Origin: Obrimoposthia wandeli
Taxonomy: Eukaryota
Reading direction: 5' to 3'
Length of the DNA stretch: 64,000 nucleotides
Assembly (NCBI GenBank): GCA_977020255.1
Contig: CDROCS010002342.1
Coordinates: 434,001-498,000 of the forward strand
Made by a program: the position numbers and the translations under genes. This document shows, in pieces, positions 21,726 through 33,900 of this stretch (position 1 is its first letter; each line of letters starts with the position of its first letter). The notes under the pieces were generated by a model that was not told the origin of the DNA, did not search any database, and saw only the letters and a program-made list of their open reading frames with translations.

Positions 21726-24434
21726 AGTAGGTAGAAGGATGGAGTCTAGATCACTTAACCCCCCCCCCTTGTGCGCACACAATGTTAAAGGATTTTACAA
21801 CATAGGGTGTCACACCATAAGGGTATATGTTGCCTCACCATAGTGATGTCACACCATAAAGGTATATGTTGACTCACCATAAGGGTGTCACACCAAAAGG
21901 GTGTCACACCATAAGGGTGTCTTGCCACACCATAAGGGTCTGGCTCAGAAAGGTTAAGATACGGGCGAGGGAGGGTGAAGGGTCAAGTGATCTAATATCC
22001 ACCCTTCTTTTGGTCAACCACTAAAGGGTTGTTGTCGTCCATAATTCAAAGGGTCAGACAGAGTTTTGACTTGAAGGTTTTAAGGTATGGTCATGACCGT
22101 CTATGGTTGGCCATCACATCTAAAGGATTGTGGTCGTCCATAGATCAAAGGTTGGGATCAGTTTTGACTTGAAGGTTTGAAGGTATAATTAAGGTCAACT
22201 ATGGTTGTCCATCATATCTAAAGGGTTGTGGTTGTCCATAAATCAAAGGGTCTCACTCAGTTTTGACTTGAAGGTTTGAAGGTTGATTAAGGTCAACTAT
22301 GGTTGGCCATCACATCTAAAGGGTCATGGACGTCCATAAATCAAAGGGTCGGGCTAAAAACAAAATCAAGTTTTAAATATCAAGGTTTTAGTACATGGTC
22401 GGAATCATCTTTAGAAGGCAAATTCCCCCATAAAGTATGGTCGTCCATAAATCAAAGGGTCGGGCTAAAGACAAAATCAAGTTTTAATTGTCAAGGTTTG
22501 AATACATGGTTGTAATCATCTTTAGAGGACGAATTCATCCATATAGGTATGGTCGGCCATAGATGAAGGGTTAAAAAAGTTGGAATTTCATAGTTTTAAG
22601 TACATGGTTGTATTCGTCAACATATTACGAGTTTAATCATGTAAAGATTTTATGGTCGTTCACAAGGTAAGGTTTAGATTTGGCATAATTTAAGGAATTA
22701 TATAGTAATTAATCAATTATTCTATGTGAAAGTTAAAGTCCACTCTTATCAGTTAAGGAATGTGGTACTTAATAACACACACACTATTATATGTAAAAAT
22801 GTAGGCTAAAGTTCACTCTTATCAGTTAAGGAATGTATTATGTAATAATACACACATTATTCTATGTGAAAATTTAGATCAAAGTTTTTTCCAAGCTTAT
22901 GCATCTAAAGAATTATGATACAATTTCTTTAAATAACTTAAATTATATATTAACATAAAAATAAAATAAGAAAGATCTTCTTTCCGATTCAACGACTAAG
23001 TTACAGCGGAATTAATAGAAGGAAAAAAACTCTAAGTTTGAGGCTATGAATGAAAATTAGTAAAATATTAATGTATTTGAATATATTTGAATGATAGTTT
23101 GAATAAATGAGAGTTAGATTGAATGTAAGTGAATACAAGTATGAATGCAAATGAATGCAAATACAAGTAAGAGTCTTAGCAAGTGAATGTAATTTTTAAA
23201 AATAAGAGTGTCGAGAGTATGATTAAATGTGAGTATAATTTAGACTATAAGTAAATTAAAATATGAGTTTTCGTAAGCAACTATAAGAAGCAGTGATACT
23301 GAGTTATGTTAAAAGTTAGAATGACTAAGTTACAGCAATATTAATAGAAAACAATACTATATTTTACGGTATAAGTGAAAATTAGTAAAATATTAATGTA
23401 TTTGGATGCTACTTAGAATGATTGTAAATAAATACAAGTATGAATGCAAGGGAATGCAAATACAAGTAAGAGTCTTACCAAGTTAATGTAATTTAAAAAT
23501 AAGAGTGTCGATAGTATGATTGAATGAAAGTGTTATTTAGACTATAAGTAAATTAAAATAGAGTTTTCGTATGAATAAAGTTTAGTTACAGTTACAGTTA
23601 GATTAATAACAAGTATGAAACTATAAGAAGCAGTGATACTGAATTATGTTAAAAGTTAGAATAACTAAGTTACAGCGAAATTAATAGAAAACAACACTAC
23701 GCTTTAAATTCAAAACCTCTTTTTTGGTAAAGGTTAATCAATCATTTAATAACATTCCTTAATTAATTATTTTTTTTTTAAAACTGATAAATTTTAATTT
23801 TTTATTTTTAAAGGACTTGGTTAAAGAAATGTTTATTTATATAATTTGAGTATTAACATTATTCGATTTAAACTTTAAATATTCGAAATTATCTTTAACA
23901 CATTAAAAAAACTTCAATTTTTTAAAATTTGTATCGAATATTGAAAATTCATTTGCAAACACATGTTATTCAAAGCTACTGAAAGCTTCGTCTATAAATT
24001 CGAATATCAAATCTTTAATTATATTGTTTTATATGCAAATAAATCAAATTATGTACATATTCGATTATCAACTTAGTATTTTTATTTATTATTCGACTTT
24101 CTAAAATAATTAAAATGTCTTGTAAGAACACATAAAATGAATTAAGGGTGTCACACCATAAGGGTATATGTTGCCTCACCATAGTGATGTCACACCATAA
24201 AGGTATATGTTGACTCACCATAAGGGTGTATTGCCACACCATAAGGGTCTGGATCAGAAAGGTTAAGATACGGGGGAGGGAGGGTGAATGGTCAAGTGAT
24301 CTAGTCTCCACCCTTCTTTTGGTCAACCACTAAAGGGTTGTGGTCGTCCAAAATTCAAAGGGTCAGGCAGAGTTTTGTGCACACAAAGGGGGGTGGGGGG
24401 GTTAAGTGATCTAGACTCCATCCTTCTACATACT
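21726..24434. mobile_element. Non-autonomous mini-Maverick A (2.7 kb, repeat-filled)
   Basis: About 50-bp TIRs AGTAGGTAGAAGGATGGAGTCTAGATCACTTAACCCC (right end reverse complement AGTATGTAG...); perfect 6-bp TSD AATGTC at 21720-21725 and 24435-24440. Confidence 0.9.
22010..23700. repeat. Tandem arrays inside mini-Maverick A: about 100 bp x3, 120 bp x2, 70 bp x2 and 330 bp x2
   Basis: GTCCATAAATCAAAGGGTC-type units at 22010-22620; GACTAAGTTACAGC-type anchors near 22995, 23323 and 23663. Confidence 0.8.
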
Positions 24435-25349
24435 AATGTCAGTCAGGAGCATATTTTTGTTGTGGTGAAAAAAGTCATTTCTGAAACTAATGTCATCTCA
24501 ATCACAAATGTTTAATTTTCAGAAAAAAAAAGTCAAAATTTCAACAGCTGCTTTCTTTAAAAAACTCATAAAACTTCAAGAGTACTTTGTATAACAGAAT
24601 AAGTGGAATAAAATAATGAATATTTAGAAGATTGTAATAATGACGACATGATCATACATGATGTTAATCAAGGAAACGTGAGTGATCCCATTGCTTAAAT
24701 TTCATCGGTGGGTTCGAGCATATAGAAGCAAAGCGGGATGAAAATATGTGTGTGAAAAATGATGGTTATGACTGGAGTATAATGAATATGAATGATGTAG
24801 ATGTTGAAATGCTGTGGGCATCAGTTGCTGTAATGAGTACGGATTGTTGGAAAAAAGTAGTATATAACAAAATGACAGAGATTAATTTATATCTGGGTGG
24901 AGATATTTCGAGTAGTTATCAACAACAATTCGGCAGGTTTAATACTAAAGTGTTTTAGTATGTAAAGGAGAAAGTTTTAGAAATATAGAAAAATAGAAAA
25001 AAATGTAAACCAGATTTTATTGGTGGACTCGATACAATGAAAACCTTTGGGATAAAGCTGTAGGAAGTATGTCATTTGGACCTGTCTTGCATTATGAAAA
25101 GGTTTTCCTCTAAAGAAAGAACAGATAAAATATATAAATTTTAAAATGCGATAGAGACTCAATTCTAGGACATTATATTGAGGAATTTAGGAAAATTTTT
25201 ATGTGTTCTAAATTTGATTTAGGATATACCAAAATTGTTTCTTATAAACTTGAGACTATTGCCGATACAATTTGTCAAAATCCTAAACGACAACCAATGC
25301 ATTTAGAAAATCAAGTTGATGACATGATTGAAAATTTAATCAATGTAAA

Positions 25350-26490
25350 ACGTAATTAGACGTTGTGAAAGTCCTTGGAACTCGCCATTGGTCATTGTGA
25401 AATAACAAGACAATACAATTCTAATGTGTGTTGGCAATAGATAAATTGCATGCTGTAACCAAGAAGTTTACATTTCCAATACCGGGTGCACAACTCTTGT
25501 TCGATTGTCTGGGTGATGCAAAAATATTTACGACACTAGATATTGGACAAACTAATTACCAGGTAGATCTAGAGAAAGAGTCTTAGATCAAAACTGCATT
25601 CAGTACAAAACTGGGACAATTTTGTTTCAATTGGTTGTCATTTGAGTTGTCTACGGCACCTGCAACATTCCAGAGTCTGGTGCATAAAATATTGAATGGT
25701 TTGCTGTTTTAAAAAAATGTATATCTGGATGATATTCTTGTTTATAGTAACAACCAAGAAGAACATTTTAGATTATTAAGGAAAGTATTTAAAAGAATTG
25801 CAGCGGGAGGCCACAAAATAAACCCTAATAAATGTTGCATTGGTCAGAAACAGCTAAAATTTCTAGGTCAAACCATAACAGAAAGCGGAACATATACAAA
25901 TCAGTCGAAATTCAACGAAATAAGAAATTTCAAAGAACCAGATTGTAAAAGAAAATTAATGTCATTCTTAGGAATGACAAACTATTATCGTAGATTTATT
26001 AAATATTATGCCAATACTGCAGCTTCTCTATATGCAGCGGGTTCCGAAGATAAGAAGTCAATACAATGGTCACCGGATTGTAAAACAAGTTTTGCACACC
26101 CGAAAGAAAAAATTAACAACAGCTCCCATATCAGATTTTTTCCAGGCAAAATAGAAAATTTATAATTGATACAGACGAAAGCTTTGGTGTGATTTGGGCA
26201 ATATTGAGCCACCTGGATGAAATGAGAAACGAAAAAGTGATTGTATACGCTTCAAGACAGTTAACTTCTCATTAGAAAGGTTATTGTGTCACCAGAAAAG
26301 AATATTAGAGGTAGATAAATTTATTATGTATTTCAAACATATTATATATTTTTGGCAAGAACAGATCATAAAGCATTGGTGTTTTTAAGAACGACAAAAA
26401 ACCAATCAGTCTCCAATTTCAAACATGGCTGTCAAATTTATTAAAATTTCATTTTAAATTAGAGCATCGTAAAGGTATTGACCATGGTAA
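25350..26490 (+). pseudogene. Ty3/gypsy reverse transcriptase-RNase H remnant
   Basis: SPWNSPLVIV, IKTAFST, APATFQ, VYLDDILVYS, SFLGMTNYYRRFIKYYA, VIVYASR, EHRKG..HGNAD. Confidence 0.9.
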
Positions 26491-27533
26491 TGCCGATGGC
26501 ATGTAAATATTGAATGAGACATTATGTCCTCAGTGTGAAACTAGACATATATACGCACAAGGAAAGAGATCTAAAATACGGTATATTAACTCTCTAAATG
26601 AAGATCACAAAATAAGAAAAATACGAGAAGATATTCTTGTAAAAGAAAGGAGTGTTTTTCTCTATCAAGAAAGTGAGAATATATCATTATAATGCGAAAA
26701 ATGTTAGATTTATCAGATAAAGTTAAACTTAAACTCTGTGATTTTGAATTTGAAAAGCTTTATTGAGTAAACATAATTGAATTAAAAAATATTACTGATT
26801 TAAAAACATCATTTGAATTTGAAAGCATTACGTATTTAATAAACATAGTTTAAATTGAAAAGCGTTATTGATTTAGCAAACATAATTTGAAATTGAAACC
26901 GATAGTATAATATAGTAAAGGGTTGGATGGACGGGTAGTGGGGGACAGGGAGTGTTTTGAAGGGTGATTATAGCATAAGGCGTATGGAAATATACGCATG
27001 GAGAAGTGTCAACCCTGTTATGTGTTTCTGTAGTGGTTTTAGGAAAATTCTAAGTGTATTAAGTTAAATATAGTTATTCTAGCGAAATTGATCGAACAAA
27101 TAACTTCCAAGTTAACTCCCATTTGAAATTCATGTGCCCCCTGACATATAGGTTAGCTGAGGGACAACTCACGAGACAATATTTCACGTACTGACAGATT
27201 CAGATTAATATTGTCTACGTCAATTGGTCCCGGCTCAGTTTCCTCTTGGTGTTGCCAGACCCTTCTGACATAAAAGCTAACTCAGCTGATAAACTATCCA
27301 CCTGCGTTACATCACACCACACTAGCTTTGGGGCCATAATAGCTATTCTGTAAACATCCTTTATTTTGAACAATTTTTACAGATTTAATTTTTCATACCT
27401 CTGAAGAACGCTAATGAAATTTTTAATGATATTCACCAAAATCTTTGTCACCTCGATATGCAAAAAGTTTATAATTATATGAAAAATAATTTCTATTTTA
27501 AAAGAATGTTTTATAAATAACAGAATGTATATC

Positions 27534-29042
27534 AGTAGTATATAATGTCGGTATTAAACCAAAGGAACAAAGCCCACCCTGGGAAAGGATGATTGTTCCT
27601 TTGATTTAGTACCAACACTATAGTACCTAAAATGTCTATATATAGTTATTTTTCTGACAGAATGTCGTAAAAACGTCTAGAAATTGTTTAAATTGGCTTA
27701 AAATGACTAAAAATTACTCAAATTTCTATCAAGTCAGGTCTGGTGTTGTATGCAGGATTTTGAGACTTGACAAATCACACATACTAAGCCAATGGTAATA
27801 GGTCCCCTCCGTAATAGTAGTATTGAATATCTCCCATAACTATTGAATGTATATTAAATATTTTTAAAAATAAAAATCTTACGTTGATGATATTGGTAAA
27901 GTTATATAATCCCTTAAATTTACCTTTATAATTTATATTGATTATTTTCATTATGTGATAATAATTGATAATATCACAAACATATATAGTTTCATATTAT
28001 CCAATGATAATCAACCAATAAGATTCAAGTAGTCAACATTAACTATCAAAACATTTCAGTTTACTCTCATTCATCATGTTCAATTTACAAAAACCGATTT
28101 TGAAGAACACAAAGAAGAGGAAGAATGAAATTTTAAATACAAGCAAAGTTGTACAGATAGATTCTGATGATACAGAATTAGAGGATATTTTTAATGAAGA
28201 AACATAAGAACTATTCAAAGAATCTGTACTTCATTTCAGTTATACAATGAATTTTATCAAGATGCCTGTTATCTTTGGATTAAAATACCCTGATATGCTA
28301 ACAAAGTCCAAGTTTGACTATGTCAACTCAAGGATCCATCAAAATGATATTAATAATATAAATTATATTTTCAGAAGAATGAAATTAGATATCAAAATTG
28401 AAAACTTTAGTGCTTTTATTAAAGCTGATGAACATTTGTTTAAAGGAATATATACTTACTCTGAAGAAGAATTTCCAAAAAGCAAATATTGGATTTTAAT
28501 TTATTCAAATTCAAGGATTCAAAGTCGATAGACTCAGGAGACAGATGCCTATTTGGAGAAATTCTGAAGGACATAAGAAAGTTTAATGTAATTTATCATA
28601 TGAATAAATGATTTATTGATTTTATTTTAGTGATATTTATCATATGAATAAATAATTGATTTTGTTATTCTTTCAAAGTTAACTATAAAAAAGTAATATA
28701 AATATAAATTTTGTCAAAGGTGCTGCCCGGTCTTCGGATGATGGGCTCCCCTCTTAGGAGGCTCCGCAAGGGAGACTTAAGTCACTTAAAATCTACTTAA
28801 TCTACTTTTCTTTGGTAAGTTATATAGCGCCATATTTGAAAATGGTCTTGAAATCACGCATACAACATCAAATTGGTTTTGCAGTAAAAGTAACCCCCGG
28901 GGGGACCTGTTTGGGTGTCTAAACAAAATGACTATATATAGATATTTTAGGCATTTTAGTGTTGGTACTAAATCAAAGGAACAAGCTCTCTTCCCCGGGG
29001 GGGCTTTGTTCCTTTGGTTTAGTACCGACACTATATACTACT
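27534..29042. mobile_element. Non-autonomous mini-Maverick B (1.5 kb) with a cargo ORF
   Basis: AGTAGT...ACTACT termini, imperfect TIRs over 100 bp, perfect 6-bp TSD TATATC at 27528-27533 and 29043-29048. Confidence 0.92.
28076..28531 (+). pseudogene. Cargo ORF of mini-Maverick B (about 150 codons, one internal TAA), unknown function
   Basis: MFNLQKPILKNTKKRKNEILNTSKVVQIDSDDTELE...T*ELFK is in frame with the listed ORF 28247-28531; TAA at 28205. Confidence 0.55.
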
Positions 29043-30903
29043 TATATCAAAATGTGTTTATTGTGCCAAAAGAAAATTTTTATAAAGCAGAACAAAATAA
29101 ATATATAATCTTATAGTCAAATAATTTTTTAGATCAAATAGTTGTTGATATAGGCCACATGAAGGAAGGAAGATCTACAAAGAAATATATGTTGATAGAA
29201 ATCGATCGATTTAGTAAACTGGTATCACTATCAGCAACTATAAAAGAAGATGAAATAACAATTACTTAAGCACTTGAGACAAATTGGAAGTATAAATTTG
29301 AGTAACCTAAGAACATTTTTACAGATAAAGGGCGAATAATTACTGAAAGTTATTTTCAGAATTGACCATGAAAATTTGGTATTAAACAGGAGCTAACAGC
29401 ACCTTATCAACACCAAGCTAACGGTCTAACAGAAAGAGTTATACGCACTGCAAGAAATATGATTGTTACGATAATAGCATATACTAAAACATAAAAATGC
29501 TGGCACGATTTATTGTCACAAATTGAATATTCTATAAATGCAACAGTAAATAGTTCTTCAAAACATTCACCGTTGAGATCATTTATGGAAGAAAAAGAAA
29601 AATTCAAGCATCAAGTGCAACAACAAACAAAAACGAAGATATCATTCGTAAGGAATAATCAACAAATCCAGTTGAAAAGTTAGAGAAGTTAGATAAAGAA
29701 AAGATATTTGAAGTTAATAAAAAAGGTGCTTGTTAAAAAGTACTCAATTAAGAGAAGCAAGCATTGTGACCAGTTTGAAGGCCTATATAGAATAAAAGAA
29801 TTATTGAGTCCACGACAGGTATCAATTCAGTTTCTAAGAGAAATCCTCCCCAGGAGAATCGAATGGCTGAAGAATTTCAAGTTTGAATAGTGAAGAGAGA
29901 GTTATGTTATCAGAAACCAGAAATATCCTACTTGCAATAATTTGTTAATGAATAAGTATTTAACATATATATTATAAATTGAGTTGTGGAATCTAACTCT
30001 TGAATTATGGCTTCAATAGAAAACATAACTATCACCTATTAATTTCGGGCCATAATAATTTTGAATTAGATTTTATAGATAAATACTTTTATTCAAATGT
30101 TAACGTTTGTTTATTTTGCAAAAATTACAAAATCAGTTAAATAATAAGTTAGGCCGCATAAACACAATTCATTATGACCAAACAATGTTGTAAAAACTCT
30201 TCTTAATTTTATCCAACTCTGCTACTTGTAATGATTTTAAGGATTCCATCCAGGACAAGACGTTCCTATTCTATTAACCTTGACTGAGACAAACCGTATT
30301 TTATCCCATTAGCCGATACCGAAACATATACAGCCTGTGGTTATGGACTTTTAAAAGGCTTCTAAATCATAAAATATAATTGTTTAAATTTCTGTTTTAA
30401 AATCAATTTTAAAAATTCAGATAATACATAGGAAATACGAGAAATTTATTTCGCACGTCACAATTTCGTTGAGCATTTTAGATTTAAAGATGAATTTTTA
30501 TATTGTATCTAGAGTTTTCTATATAACCAAAAGAAAGGGAAACTTTACATTAAAACGAGATTTTCAATTCGAAATATGCAAAAGAAATCTGTAAATTTTG
30601 CCCAGATTTTAGTGAATATTTGTAATTTATTTAATTCCTGTAGTTATTAGATATAGCAAAAAATAGAAAATGTTTTATTGAAAAATATGAAAACATTTTG
30701 ATACCAATCCGATTTGAATAGAGAAAAAAGAGAGAGACAGATAATTTAAAACGTTTAACCTAAGAATAGAACTCGAAAATAACAGAAAAAGAAATCTAAG
30801 AATCGTGACAGATTAGGTTAGGTTGTCTGGGTGGTATATATAGGGATCAGTGAATGTAGATGTACAGTAGTGAAAGAGAAAGTGTATGTAGGAAAGAGAG
30901 TGA

Positions 30904-33900
30904 TTACTTTTCGAATTCGTTCTCTACAAGCTTTAAGGGCGGAATATATCTGACGGAACGGAATGACGACGGGTTGGCTCCATAGACACTGGCGGTGTTG
31001 ATGGACGTGTTGTCGACAATTACTGACCCTTGTCCAGCATACCGTTCCATGGCGGCAAGGGTGTGGTTGCTACCATTGTGGTGCGGTGTTGCACTGAATT
31101 CTGGCTTCTTAGACCACTCTGTAACCCTGCCTTGTTGCTGGTTGTGGGCGTACTGCTTCTTGACGAGCGGGACTGTCTGAACCACCTTGTTGTTGAGTAG
31201 CTCCATGCGGTCTGTGGCCACTACCGTGGATGACCCAATCAGCGGGCTATGGTCTCTGTGGTGCCCACCCGGTGAGGTCGTAGCAGGCCGCTGGCCGGTG
31301 TTGTGAGGCCGTGCGTATGTCTCCGACATTGTGGTTTGTGGCAAAGGACTCCCGCATTGCAGCTGATCCGACTTGCGCAGATAGTCGTACATGTCAAAGC
31401 TGTTGATGGTGTCGAATGGAGTCTTCGGATCGAGCATGTGTGGCTGCTGTCGGTGATTGAGATAGGTACCAGACGAGTTAATGCAGTTTACCTTGGCCTC
31501 GTTCCGGCGGTAGAAGGACAAGATGAAGTAGACGAGCACACAGATGATGATCATCACTGCAAAAATCATGAGACCGAGCGCGATGTTGAACCACGTTTCT
31601 GACGACTTCATGGACGCCCTGTCGCTGTTTCTGTTGCTGCTATCGATCACTGGAGACACTAAGGGTCGCTGAGTGTCGATATTGGTGCAGTTGTGCGGTA
31701 ATGACTCTACTGCATAATTAATACCGATTAATATAATAAAGGATTCAACAAATCGAAATTTAGAAATAAGATAGATTTAAAAATGCAAAATTAATTTTAA
31801 GCAGTCGAAACTAAACTAGGTCATTAATTAGAAAAGTCAATTTCAATACCTTGATTTCTATTATATCCTCGTTTTAAAGTGTAATTTTTTTAAAAAAATA
31901 ATTATTTTGCCCTAAGACATTTTTACAAAAATAAAAATTAAAATAATGGTCAAATGTAAAGTTATTAAATCATTTTACATATAATGGTTCCACTCAATGA
32001 CTGAGGATATTAATTTCTATCAAAAGTCCTAACTAATAAATTATATTAAAAACAAGTTTGGGTATCGAAAATGGTGAGGTTATATAATTATTGTACTTCA
32101 ATTGAAGTTCATATGAGCATAAGCATCATAAGTCGAGGTTAAAACTGTATTGGTGTATTTTAAATTTAAAAAACCAATACTCATAATCACCTAGGCACAT
32201 CATCCAGGATTTTATACTAATAATCCATAGATTGGATTATTATAATTAATAATAACCATAATAATAATAACAAACTACTTATTATAATAATAACTATACG
32301 TTATACATTTATTAGTATTAGCACTATCACCCATCATCACCACTTTTATCACTACAATTACAATTACAATATATATATATATATATCAATATCAATCACT
32401 ATCATCAACTTAAAATATTTTCACAAGTTTTAGGCGATCCCTTTGCAAGCATCCGTTTTCTTTTATATTCAAAGCTTCACAAAATAATTCTTTTTCTACA
32501 GTGAATGGCTATATATTCATCAAAAGAAAAAAATCAACAAAAACTTTGCCTACATTTATTAAGGTTAAAAAGTTAAGGAGACATTTTTTTAAAATTGAAT
32601 ATATTAAATTAATTTGTTTTAAAATCAACTACCAATAAATTAACTATAGTTTATTTCAAATGAATAATTAAAAGTATAAACTAAAGTTTATTTACATTTT
32701 CAAAAATGTTATATGAAAATATTTTATAATATTTTATAATTCTGATTAACAAAGATATTTATACAGGAAACCCTAAAATAGTGAAATTTAATAGACAGAG
32801 CAAATCGTTTCATTACATCGGGGTTTCGCTGCATAAAGTATTTTCATAATACAGTGAAACTCTGATATAACGAATCTAGATATACCATAACGATTTACTC
32901 GGTTCAAGAAACTATTGCAACTATATGCAACAAATTATAAAAAGATTGCTTTATTCCTAAAACGAATCGCGGACAATGCAATTGTCGACTTGGGAAACAA
33001 AGATTAAAATTGATGCTGAAATATCAGCTCATCTAGACATTCTATTAAATAAGAATCGAGGACTAAATTCCGTGTTATGTCCTGATCCTACGCTTCACAT
33101 TACACAAGAAATTGTAGCAATTTTGGCTGTCAATTAATTCAGTTATGGGACATTTTCATCTGACATGACCATTTTGACCGATAAGAGATGAAGACTAGGC
33201 GTAGAAAGCTTTAAACGACTGGTCATGTTGCAATTTAACAAGTATTGCAGTGATGACCAATGATGTTTCTTTATATAAAGAACTTTATAGTTAATTTTAT
33301 ATGAATATGAATGTTTTTAATGTCATTTTTCTAATATATTGGTTAATCAAAATAAGTCAGCTTGAATAAATTGTCCAAATGAGCACTCATTATGCTAGAA
33401 TATATACGTATATTTATGATAAAAAATTATAAAATGGTCACTGATCATTGAACATATCGCTAAAATATTCCATTGGAGTTTTACCACTCGAGGTCATTTT
33501 AGTAATTCTATCTAGAAAACAACATTATAGAGATTGTATATTCATTTTATACGAACCTCAAAATATTTAATTTTAAACCTTTAATTTAACTAATAAAAGC
33601 CAAGCAAAAACAATAAAATCAAACTATATGATTTTGTTTTCTATTTTAATTTTTCTTTATTAGGGGTAAGTGGGGGATTACCGTGCAGCTGGTAATACCG
33701 TATAGTGAAGTATAGGCCAGATTATGACGAGAAAACACTAACTTGTGTGCGTATGTTATCGCTTTTACAATTATGATTTGTTTTACTGAGGTATTATTTT
33801 AAATTGTCACGTGTTTCATTTTAAAGCGCAGCTTTCAAATATTTTGTAAGTTTCCATGTAAGTTCAAATCATTATTAATTTAAAGTTTTTAACATTTTAC

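Larger units (their letters stand above)
27380..29890 (+). pseudogene. Ty3/gypsy integrase remnant, split by mini-Maverick B
   Basis: IHQNLCH...ITECIS on the left joins KCVYCAKRK on the right once the insertion is removed; downstream IDRFSK, FTDKG, TAPYQHQANGLTERVIRT. Confidence 0.8.
20737..30030 (+). mobile_element. Decayed Ty3/gypsy LTR retrotransposon (possibly composite) hosting nested insertions
   Basis: Two 131-bp LTRs (20737-20867 and 29900-30030, about 15 mismatches by eye) ending in CATAACT; PBS-like TGGTGACC at 20867; purine tract GAAGAGAG before the 3' LTR; gag-, protease-, RT-, RNase H- and integrase-like remnants between. No TSD found. Confidence 0.75.

Noticed and set aside
22010-22620. 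CRISPR-like repeat array
   Set aside because: The units are whole tandem repeats without unique spacers, the context is eukaryotic, and no cas genes are present.
5346-29890. Alternative genetic code (TAA/TAG read as Gln), suggested by stops at Gln-like positions
   Set aside because: The homologous integrase copy has CAG where the 5.5-kb copy has TAG, consistent with C-to-T decay. The intact genes end in TAA or TAG, and frameshifts accompany the stops.
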